Shown: piece after piece, positions 1 through 11,345 of the stretch
Numbering within the stretch: position 1 is the first letter of the stretch
Layout: each line of letters opens with the position of its first letter
Origin: Trichoplax adhaerens
Taxonomy: Eukaryota > Animalia > Placozoa
DNA: 64,000 nt
Assembly (NCBI RefSeq): GCF_000150275.1
Contig: NW_002060960.1
Location: 696,469 to 760,468 of the forward strand
Direction: 5' to 3'
Program-made: the position numbers and the translations under genes
Notes under the pieces: generated by a model
Told to the model about the DNA's origin: nothing
The model's input: the letters and a program-made list of their open reading frames with translations, nothing else
The model's database searches: none

Positions 1-749
1 AGTTGATTTGAGCATATTAAAATAGAATTATAGCATTACTCGTGTAAATTTTTATTTCTTCATTGACCATTGATACCATTATCCTTAAAACCTCTGTTAC
101 AGATACTGCATCCAACTCCTTAAGTAATATAAAATATTTTGATTTTACTCAAGCCAATTTTTCATAATTATCAAAAGTGAAACTTTTAAAATCGAAACTT
201 TTATACTATATAAGTCAATGTACCATAACTATATCTTCAAATCCATTCCTTCTTCGTTTATTAATGAGAGAATTAAATTAAAAAATGATCAGAAAATAGT
301 TCGAATGCATTAATCTATACCACGGGAAAGGATAAACATTAGCCTGCATGATAAATTATGTCTAGCTACTTTAAAAGTCATAATTTTGCTACAGTCTGAA
401 ATTTAATATCACTTTTGATAGATAACTACAGAATTAGTGCGATAGTTATAAAGCTATATGATGACAATGCAGAAAAAGGGAGATGCCATAATCAGATAGA
501 AAATGAGTTGAAGATAGTAATAAAGTAAATACTATCTAAAAATATCACATAAGCCTAATAATGCTTGTTACAGTACACGAATTGTAGAGAATAACACAAT
601 AGGAAAATATAATCTGTCAACTAGCACTACTGCAATAATACCACTCCACCGATATTTCAAACTCTAGAACTAATCTAGAGTATATGCTATCAGTAATCTA
701 GTAAATAGGGACTATCTTTCGTCGCAAGATCTTCAGCCAACTGCAGTAG

Positions 750-1189
750 TGTCACGGTACGAACTACCGTGAAGAAATAGCTATCTAAATTTGGTGAATA
801 TAATATAGTGATAATATATTACAACTAGTTACTTACAAAAGGAATTACTCTAATTATAAATGTGTTACAGTAAATTTAATGCTGTGCTGTAATGTGCACT
901 GAAATGATTCTGTGAATGGACATATTGTAGTCCGACTGTGAAAAATTAGTCAGTAGATGTTCTCACCTAAGTATTTTTATAAGATAACTCGTGAATGTTA
1001 GCTGCTGTAGAAGGGTATATAAGCCCGTCAGATAGTTGAATAAGGTAGTTCTCAATTGTCTAGTTAAGTTTAACGTAGAATTAAAGGCGTCTAAATTCTT
1101 GTGAGGTAGTTAAGGGATACTGAATCCCGGAGACTAGTAATTTAGAGATTTGTTCTACGTTATCCTTGTCACGAAGCTGGTTTGTGACA
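750..1189 (+). mobile_element. Solo LTR of an LTR retrotransposon (copy 1)
   Basis: Begins TGTCAC and ends GTGACA (TG...CA, 6-bp inverted termini). Flanked by a perfect 5-bp direct repeat AGTAG (745-749, 1190-1194). TATATAA at 1016-1022, followed by AATAAG at 1039-1044 where copy 2 has AATAAA. About 90% identical by eye to 47552-47987. Confidence 0.9.
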
Positions 1190-2354
1190 AGTAGTCAGTA
1201 ATTTGACGAAAGATTATGAGAAATTCCAAAAATTTAATTTACTTTAAGATAAGTCGGCTTTAATAAATTTTGGATGCTATTTTACGTGTGATCCCATGCA
1301 AAGGTACAATTGTACTAAATTATTCAATGATTTGATGCCAGCGCATTCAAAATATTAGCATGCAGAACCTATTCGAAATCCAATTTATTCCTCTAAATTA
1401 CATTATTTTTATAGAGAGAGTCTAGATTACTTCTACGGTAATCTTAATGGAATTTCTATGAGATATCAACTTCGTAAATGGATTTAAAAAAAAGCCTAAT
1501 TACGCATATTTTACTACAGTTGTTTGTGGCTAACTCATTGAAAGCGGTGATATATTCCTGAGTAGTTAAATGCAACGACGATATATCACGTTCTCATTTT
1601 AACTTGATAGAGATTTACGAGTATGTTAAGGTATAAATAGCCCCATATTGCTGACTAAGGTATACGTATAAGTCGGTATTACTTTGTTTTTATAATGTCG
1701 AAATTAGGTTCTAATTTGAACGCTATTATTGAAAATTAATAGCCGCTTCCTTTGCTTCTTAAAACAGTATGAATATCTTTATTATATAATTATTGACATT
1801 CTAGAGTAGAAGTACGAAAGATATCAAAGTAAAATTTCGAAATTAGTTCCTCAGCGACGCCTCTTGTTCTACATTTATTGACCGGTATATCCATTATATT
1901 AATATACTCGTATCGATATGAACCATCGTACGAGAAAAATGATTTTAAGAGATATCTCTTATTGCTTATTGCGTTGGAATGAGCTGAATAGAACAATAAG
2001 TCATGATAAATTTACATTTTATTTAAGTCTCGTTTATGCTGACTTTTTCTTACTATTTAATTTGAATTATATACGCGTATCTTCATAAGTAGCAATACCA
2101 CAGTATGCTTTGGATCCATAATAATATGATAAATCAGACTAAGGCGGTTCTCAACATTTTATTTATTGTATCTGTAACATAGTACGGAAATAATTTAATA
2201 TATTTATTTATTTTGTTATTTTAAAAAGCTTAATTAAATCTAACTGCAATCATAATATCTTTTACGTCTATAAACTGATTATATACCTTATTTTACTTGT
2301 TCTATATAGGGTATCCTTAAACGAGGTTTAATTTTACCAGTCAATAGCTACAAG

Positions 2355-3668
2355 ATGGCTAATCCTATATATTCACCCAATACACCATTATACTCACATT
2401 TATATACGGAAGCTAGTCACTATAAGAATTATGACAGAGACGAAAAGGACTATCTATCTCTTAGTAAAAATCAAAATACTTCAACAAATACCTTTCAATC
2501 TTATAACATTATTGCCTGGGTTACAATCATGGTTTACGTATGGGGTTTGATTGCTAATTCTTTAATAATCATGATCGTTCTACTACGTAAGCAACTGCAT
2601 GTATCATCTTGTCTTCAAATTAGTAACTTCTCATCGACAAGTATTATCTTTAGTTTTGCGGCTTTATGCTTGGAAATTACTAATCAGATTATTTTGATCA
2701 ATTTAACATCACCATTATCGGCATCATTTGCTGCATCAACGCAAGCCAAACCTGGATTTAATTTCAACGATAACCATTCTCTTGCTACCTTTCGCCCTAA
2801 TGGCAGCAATCTGATACAAAATTTAAATGATTTCTATTTCCCTTTGTGTGAAATTTTAACAGGAATAGTATTTACATCAGTTACTGCCGGTATTTATATA
2901 TTAATGATGATTAGCATTCAACATTACCAAGCAGTACGCACTAATCATCGTTGTCTAATCGATATTAAACGATTAATGAAAATCACCATTGGCATTTGGT
3001 TAGTTGCAATTTCGCTTTGTATACCCTACTCTCTATTAACAGTTAAAACGTATTTTAAGACATTTAAGAGTCGTGTATGTGCGTTCAATAACGCCGAGCC
3101 AAGCCGATTGGTTATTATTTATAGTATAACTTATGCTCTAATAGGCTTATTATTACCGATTGTAGTTATTTGTTTATGTTATTCTTTTGTAATTTTTAAA
3201 CTTTGTCGTGGTATGCAATTACGTTCACATATGACAAGTTCACGAAGTCAAGTCAATTCTGGACTTGAGAGTGACTATGATCGTAAATCAAGAACTGGTG
3301 TTCGGCTACTAATCGTTATAGCGCTCGTTTATATTTTGTGTATATTTCCATTTTCAACTGCCCTGATATGGCAATCTGTTCGCAATTATTATAGATCAGC
3401 AATGTCGTATGATCATCAACAATGCAACAATTGCTCTATTATCTCGTCGCAATTGAGTCAATATAGAAGTGAAACTAATAATAATTCATCTGTTTCTCTA
3501 GGCACTTTTTTCTCCATTGCTATAATATGTTTAGCAATGCTGTTTGGTTTAAATCCAATATTTTATCTCATTTTTAATCAGCGCTTACGTAAAGAGTTTC
3601 TAAAACGCTTTACATGCCGCTTTAGGTTAGTGAGGCCTAGGGTTAGCGTTCTTCATTACAAATCTTGA
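2355..3668 (+). CDS. Rhodopsin-class (class A) orphan GPCR, 437 aa, single coding exon
   Basis: Seven hydrophobic segments. TM1 GLIAN, Cys at the top of TM3 (FPLCE), TM4 W..A....P, ECL2 Cys (RVC), TM5 LLP...C.Y, TM6 CIFPF, TM7 NPIFY, helix 8 FNQRLRKEF. Confidence 0.9.
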   Translation: MANPIYSPNTPLYSHLYTEASHYKNYDRDEKDYLSLSKNQNTSTNTFQSYNIIAWVTIMVYVWGLIANSLIIMIVLLRKQLHVSSCLQISNFSSTSIIFSFAALCLEITNQIILINLTSPLSASFAASTQAKPGFNFNDNHSLATFRPNGSNLIQNLNDFYFPLCEILTGIVFTSVTAGIYILMMISIQHYQAVRTNHRCLIDIKRLMKITIGIWLVAISLCIPYSLLTVKTYFKTFKSRVCAFNNAEPSRLVIIYSITYALIGLLLPIVVICLCYSFVIFKLCRGMQLRSHMTSSRSQVNSGLESDYDRKSRTGVRLLIVIALVYILCIFPFSTALIWQSVRNYYRSAMSYDHQQCNNCSIISSQLSQYRSETNNNSSVSLGTFFSIAIICLAMLFGLNPIFYLIFNQRLRKEFLKRFTCRFRLVRPRVSVLHYKS

Positions 3669-4911
3669 GGCGAGTAAGATTCAGTACTTGTAGACAACAA
3701 AAATATATCGGCTTAATTCAGTTATGTTATAGTTATCGGTATGAACTGAAGGAAAACTTTCGAGAATTCTGTTAAGTATTAGTACAGTACTAATTGGCTT
3801 ACTGCTAACTTAATTATTACGATAATTACTAATAAAAATACACCAGTTTATTATATTTTACGATGTAAAAATTGCAGTTGCCATTGATGGCTGCCTTTAA
3901 AACCCTAACAATATACTGCACTGTACTGTAGTTAGTCGCTCTTTCACAGGCAGTTTTCTCTATTCAAAATTTAAGAATTTTGATAAATCTAATTTATCGT
4001 ATACTCTTACATTATCTGATTATTGCAATTACCTTGATAATGCTACTCTGACGTTAACTATTTACATAGTTCATGTAAGATAAATTATTAGTATTATGCT
4101 GATAAAAGTGGTATGATTAAAATCAATGTATGAAATATAAGATAGCCATGCCTTCTACATATTAACTATTACTATTTAATCAATACACCTAAGAAATCTA
4201 AACAAATGAAATTAATTGCGGTGTAATTCTTTGATGAATGACTCAGTGATTCTAATTCAATCTCATTATATGGTATTATTGCAGATAATTGCGGCTTGTG
4301 CAAATCTATGAATTAAATTACTACGGATTAATTTAAGGAGATATTATGGATTGACTAAAATTTCATTAAATGTTAAATGTCACCTCTATAAACTTTTACG
4401 ATTGCTTTCATTGGACCGAGAACAATCTATATATATATTGGCTTCAAGTAGCAATAATCCATCTTTTAGCGCGCATGTTGTTACTACATATAATTTTGTT
4501 GTTATTAGTATTGACAGTTATTAACTATGGATGGAATTTAGTTTATTGGACACCAAAACATGATAAGCAGAACAGCTTTAACAAGAGGCATGCAATCATA
4601 GAGCATACATAAGAAATATCCGTACAGATGCCTTCATTTAGATACGAAAAAGTATGAAGTATCTATCTACAGTAATAGATAAAGTCGCAGCTACCAAATA
4701 TATTTGTGAATTTGCGTTCGCAGTATTATTGTATATTATCAAAGGGATATTTCGGTAACATAATGAATTTAATAAATCTTCTCACATTTTCAAACGAACT
4801 ATTATAAATGATCATGATACATAAATTAGCTTAATCTATTATTAAGCACTATTCTTGTTAGAATTAGATGCTACAACACTCATACACGATTTATCTAAAC
4901 ATAACTACTGT

Positions 4912-7900
4912 CTATTCTCTAGCACCCAAAAGACCTAGTATGATCCTTTTGAAGCTGCCGGATAGTTTATCCTGTGAAAAAGTGAAAAATATAATTAAAT
5001 ATAAAACGATGGAGGTACTATAAAGTTCCATTTGAAATAACAGTAGTTTATGATTAATCACGGCAAAGTTGATATACCTCAACTACATCTTCTACTCTTT
5101 TTCCATATAATTTTAAGAATTCTGCCTTTATATCTTCCATATCAACTTCTGATCGAGTAACCACGATACGAATAACGGCACTACTGTCAAGACTTCCCTG
5201 TAAATTTAAATAAGTAGAAATTGAGTATTGAAATTTATATATAGGATGTAGAGTCTTAACTAATTTAATAAAATCAATTTCCATAATTTTGTGTATCATT
5301 GATTTACCGTTAAGGCTTTGTGCAATCGTTGAGCAAGGTACATAGGAGTAGATTGAGCACAAGAAACTAAAGAAATATTTTGAGAAATAAACTTCATTAG
5401 TGTGTGAAGCACAAGAGCAGAAAATTGAAATTTTAATACGGTGCAGAAATACTTACTAATTGCCAGCATACATTTCATAAGATCACCCGACATTTCTCTC
5501 TTAATGGATTCTTCAATTGTATATTTACATATCTGAATGAGTCAAAAACATGCTATTTAAGTTAAATTGATAAAATAAATTTGAATGAATAACAACGTTT
5601 AAGGAATGGATTACCTTAGAATATTCTTGAAAAATTGACCGTAACTGCGGATAACTACGTGCTGCTAAAAGGGTTTTGAATCTGTTACGGTAAATAAATA
5701 AGAATAGGTTTGAACGATTAGTTCACAAATTACTAGAAATTAATTTTCTGATTGCTAGCATAATCAACATTGTTAAGAAGAAACAAATCAATAATATTGA
5801 TAGCTTACTTTGATTCGTCAGTTCCCCAACGCGCTTCGCCAGCTTTATATAGTGCCTAAACAATCAGGTGCATCAAATATGCTTATTAACTTATGATTAT
5901 AGTTGAAGGTTAAACAAAAGTTAGATTATAAGTATCATTGCGTTTTAGTTACCTTAGCTTCCTTAGCTGACTGTTGCACATCAACTGTTTGATCATCAGA
6001 TCGATTTCCCTGTCAAAAATATGCATAAATCAACGTTTAAATATGAGCATAGAATTCTTTAAATAAAATTCAAGTAATATTATGATGTCCATATGGCTAT
6101 ATATTTCTTACATGCAGCAACGACGCTAGAAAGTTTCGGAAGTGACCGGAAGTTTCACTGTAGACGTCTTTCTCCAAATCACGGTCATATTCTAAAATAA
6201 TAATAAAGGTGCATATCAGTTGCTTTGATGGAATAACTTAGTTAATGCATTGATATCTAATAGTACGACAGCACTGAAATTGCAGGCTATTTTAGCAGTG
6301 ATATTGCGCACACTATCCGCTTTTAAAACTGATAAAATCTCTATTGATAGCCCACTGTTAGTACAGATATTAGAAAATTAATGCTATAGCTTTGATAAGG
6401 AAGTTAGCAATACTACAATACCGTTCTTAAATGCAGCCTTGATATCTGAGAGTTCTTGATTATTTCTGCTACAAATTATTTCAACTAGTGTACTTTCTGT
6501 TGTTCCCAAGCCTTTCATTGCTTTGCGTAATTCATGTGCATCAACTTCAGCAGGTTCTTTTAGTAATGCCAATACTGTATCTTGAACCTTTCCACTTAAT
6601 TCATTTTTTAAACATTTTATAAGATCTTTGCCAAATAATGTCTTAAAATCGCGAACGATTTGTTGTCGTTGTTGATGGCTTCGAGAATACATAATAAAAA
6701 TAATGGCTTTTTCATCGCAACCTGAATATGCATAAGCAATATTTGCCATTCTTTAGTTTTGATAGAATTAAAATTATGGTAATCTTTCACAGCTAATGCA
6801 ATTATACTGTAAACTAACGAAATGGCAGAGGTAGATAGAATATAACAAAGTTACTAACCGAAACCCTTCATCGCTTTCTTTAAAATTTCTGCATCAGTTT
6901 CAGAAGAAAAAGGTGAATAATCCTTGACTGTTCCACGGTTTACCTGTATAAATGAGTTTATTTTTGCGTCAATTCAGCCATTCTGATCTTCAATTTGATA
7001 ATACTGTATATTACTACTAAATATCACCATCTTGGCAAAATACAGCATAAGTGATATAATTGCTGAGAGCTTGTACCTTGGATATTTTTGTAGCAGCCAT
7101 CGATGCGGTAACTGATGTTACTTGTGATGAAGTCGAAGTTTTACTTTGGTAATCTTTTGCAGGTGGTGGAACGCTTGGACTTGGAGCAGGTACTACAGTA
7201 GGTGCTGAAGGATGGCTAGGCATATTTGTACTTTGGGGAAGTGGTGGCTGGCTTGCCATTGGTGGTGCAGATGTACTAGTATATGCCGCCGAAGCAGGAG
7301 CTGGTGCAGCAGGCATTGAAACAGGTGGTGCAGCTGCTGTGGGCATAGGATTTGCTGGGTAAGCGTGAGGTGTAGAGGTATGACTTGGCGGCGCATGCAT
7401 GGCTGTTGGAGCTGCTGGCATCGCACCTTGTGGAGCAGCCGGCATAGCTACGGATGGAGTAGGAGTTGGCACTGGCATTCCTGGCTGTGGTAGATAGCCT
7501 GCTGTAGGTGGTACTGCAGGCATTGGTGCTGGAGGCATACCAGAAGCAGGACCTGGTCCTGGTGTAGGCATTGCAGAAGGATATGGAGTACTTTGAGATG
7601 GCATTGTATTAAATCCAACCTGATGTGTAGGTCTTTGAAATGCATTGGCAGCCATTACTGCGGCTGCAGTGTTACCAAACCAGCCGGGTGCATTGTGTGA
7701 TTGAGCTGGAGCAGGTGCAGCAGGTGGATAGCCCTAATTTTATTTACGTGTCAATAACTTAGTAATGGTCAAGTTTAGATAAAGCTTTTATAAAGGGTTT
7801 GAAAACAAATTTTAGTCACAACTGATTACTACTATCTTATAGCAGTGCCAATACTTTCAGATATTACTCAATGAATATAAATGATAGGTAAAATAATAAG

Positions 7901-8057
7901 TCTACGAAAGTTGATTTTGTACCGGTTGTGGAGGATATGGACTTGCAGAAGGCATACTTGTCTGAGGGGGATAACCAGCGGGCGGATGAGAAGGAGGATA
8001 AGGAGAATAGTTTGAGCCTACGCCAGGGTTAAAACCATAGGGTGATTGATTGTTCAT
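4912..8057 (-). CDS. Annexin with long Pro/Ala-rich N-terminal tail (annexin A7/A11-like architecture), multi-exon
   Basis: Spliced GT-AG model: ATG 8057, exons 7923-8057 and 7077-7733 encode the low-complexity tail with GYPP motifs. Four annexin repeats follow: [42 protein letters not shown], and the degenerate [20 protein letters not shown]. Ends ...LGLLGARE* with TAG at 4912-4914. Confidence 0.93.
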
Positions 8058-10100
8058 GATTTGGGATAGGTCTTGTTTTCTAAAGAGTAAAATAGAATTT
8101 ACAGTATAATAGTCCATTAATAGAAGCGTGCAAAGTACAGTACAAGTACAATAGTTTAAGATACATTATGATTACGATAGGCTGATCAGTAGACAGAGCT
8201 ATCTGCACCAGAGCTACAGATACTGCAGGAACTTAGTATATGCAGATATGGTGGATGCGGTTGCTGTGTCATCTTATAATTAATTCAATGGCATGTACCA
8301 AAAGGTGTTGCTATCGTTCAATTATCATCTACTGTATGACTGTGGAATGATTATTTGAAGACTTTTCGCAAGAATTGTCAACGGGATCGGTGTTATCCAT
8401 TATTACAATTCACGATCGTTAAGGGAAAGAAATATAATTATTCGCGAAGTGAAGCAATCATTAAAGAGTCTAGAGTAATAGGAATTATTATTATTATAAG
8501 TGATCATGCATACGATATGATAACATAAATCAAATTTATTCTAATTTCATTATTAAGATTTTATGCACGTATTACTCGATTTCATTTACTATGCCAGGAA
8601 GTCAACTATAAGTTAAAGTCAGTACATTGGGTTAATAATAAATTGGAGCGCAAATATGGGCGATGGCGTTGTCTTTAGCTATGCATGAGTAACTAACTGA
8701 TCAGCTAGGGATTAATCTGTTTAACGCCATACACGGCAGAACTTCTTTACATCATTATAGTTGACTGATGCAATGCCTATTGAGTCGTTAAAACATTCAT
8801 AACTGAAACTAAACTGAGAAATAAGTTCCAATAACCAAGCCAGTTGTAATAACAACGATACGGAAGTGCCACTGTTATTATTATTATTACAGTAATCTTC
8901 TTCCTTGCTGTTAAAAACCTTTTCGTTATAATTAAGCAGTAAAAAAATTTGAAGCACTTCCTATAATAATCTAACCTTGTTAGCAGATCGTAATACTGCA
9001 TAAAATTGATTCTATATTACTTTTACCTGGAGATAATCGTATTCATTTTAAGTTGTTGATGCAGTACAGTACTCTAATTTGAATTCAAATTTTTTTTATC
9101 CTACTTTGCTAGGCCTTTTAACGTTTCAACCATTACTTTAGAAATAACTATTCAGTAAAATGTAAACCGCTATATCGATAGTAATTAAAATATGAGAGCA
9201 ACTACACTGACTAATATAAATTCTTCTTTATCGACCTTCTTAGTTATACCAAAATGCAGAGTGGTTCTAATATAATGATATTTGGCAAGATACAGACAGA
9301 ACTACTTTATCTTGAGTCACATTTCAACAATTTCCAACTTTCAAGGACTGGTTACCGGTATATATATATTTGTTGTTAGGCATGTAAAAGATTATTGCTA
9401 TCAACAAACTTACCTGAATTTGTTGTAGAAATAGTTGTCACCAACGACAGGAGATTTTCAATCAGAGGGTTAATTAGTAGGTAAAGTAATACTTTGAATG
9501 ATCGAACCGATTGAACAAAGTCTTCCACTTGTATTACAAGGCGGTAGCCAGAACTCGAATAGTGCAACGATGAGAAGGATATGTAGTAATCGACGTTAGA
9601 TTGGCAATCAGTAAGACAGCAGTCTAACTCGTACGTATCTAAACTTCAAATTCAATATCAATCACTTCGCGATGATAATGTACTACTAGACAATCTGATA
9701 CCCAATTTAATGGCAGTTAAAATGGAATTTTTTTTAACTCTAATTAATATCTGTGGAAAAGAAATTACACAATTTGTTACAAAACAAACTGCTATCTCAC
9801 TTGAATATCTACCGATGTGCACTACTAGAACTATTGTAGGCGAGGTTACTTTCTAGTTTAGTCCGATTAAAGCAACTGTCTTCAATTCTACTATCACAAT
9901 GTGCAGGAGATTTTAAAGTCTAATGTATTGTTCCAATCAATGTTATTGTACTATCTTGCGCTTTTTAATTTAACAGAGCTGCAAGCACTGTATTAAATTT
10001 TCCACATTTTAGCCGTTGCTTATATACCCTCGGCCAGCTTATAATGAATGCAAAAATTAGACTGGCTTTTACCATGTACGTCAGAATTGGAGAATGCAAT

Positions 10101-10330
10101 GGCATGCGCATTGATTTCGACATGTTCGCCATGACAGCATGGCAAAGTTTAACTAAATATAGTAGCCAATAAAATCAGGAACAGCTTGTGCAAATTTAGT
10201 TTGTCTTAAATTAATCACTTCTCAATTAGCAACATTTACGTCGTTGTTGCTATGGCAGCACAGCTCTAAATTCTACTCTATATATAGTATATAATAAGAG
10301 TGAATAAGACTACTGTTACAGGGGCGTGGC
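10101..10330. promoter_or_regulatory. Candidate promoter: cluster of NRF1-, NF-Y-, RFX- and Sp/KLF-like motifs
   Basis: GGCATGCGCA (10101-10110), AGCCAAT (10164-10170), GTTGCTATGGCAGC (10246-10259) and GGGGCGTGGC (10321-10330) lie within 230 bp, about 2 kb upstream of the annexin ATG. Motif matches only. Confidence 0.4.
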
Positions 10331-10710
10331 GAGCCCTCTAAAATGGTTGAAAGATGTTCAGCTGTAGTGTTGCCTTAATAAAATTATGTCTTTAAATTGT
10401 GAAGAAATGTACTTTAAATTCGGCTCAAATTCCATGCAGACAGATCAGTATAACCTTGAGCAATTGGCTCTTGATATTTTGATTACTTTTTATCGCAGGA
10501 TTGAATAATTCTATTTCTTTCAAGTTTCTAATACAAATTATCGGTCGCTGTTACATGTTCGCTTTCTCTAGCCATTTTATAAGTCACGTCGTAAAACTGG
10601 ATTATACAGTATACTGTATATAGGACGACTAAAGCTACGACGTTAAACTTAGGGTCCGTCCACTGTAATGCCATCGACGACTAAAATGAGAAGGTGGTAT
10701 ACACGTATAT

Positions 10711-11345
10711 AGCTTGGGCTACTCAAATTTCTAGCCAATTAGGATTATTGAGTTAAGAATTTCATGCAGTCTTGGTATGAAATAGTATACGACCAAGTAC
10801 CTGCCTGAGTAGTCACTGATTACTATGATGTATGCATACATTATTTGGAGGAGTTGCTTTGAGGGGACATCATTTCCTGTAAATTATCAATGGTTTAACT
10901 CTCCATTGATTAATTGTCGATTTCGTGATCGAGTAACTTGAGAAACTGGATGTGTGAATGCACTGTAGGATGGCGACGAATAGCCTGAGCTACTCAAACT
11001 AACCAAGTAGGATTATTGACTTTCGAATGGCATGCAATCTTAGTTAGAAATAATATACGACCAAGGACCTGATTACTATACAGTATCAGGATTAGATTAG
11101 TTCGATGAAGGGTAAACGAGCATCGACAATGCCTAGTTTTCTCGAACCCAAGGAAGTTGTTCTAAGTTCCAGTCTGGAGGGATTTTACTTCTAATAAATT
11201 ATCAATGATTTACTCTCCTTATGATCAGTCGTTGATTACATAATCTAGTTGAGATACCAAGAACAACCAGGATGCCAGGAAAGCTTGTACTAGTAACTTG
11301 AGAGGCTAGATATGCAGTTGCACCATATGTTGCCAAACGAATCAA
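10711..11345. repeat. Old diverged tandem duplication (two copies, ~270 and ~360 bp)
   Basis: Colinear shared blocks GCTACTCAAA, TAGGATTATTGA, TATACGACCAAG, TAAATTATCAATG and AGTAACTTGAGA occur in both ~10711-10980 and ~10982-11345. Confidence 0.7.
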
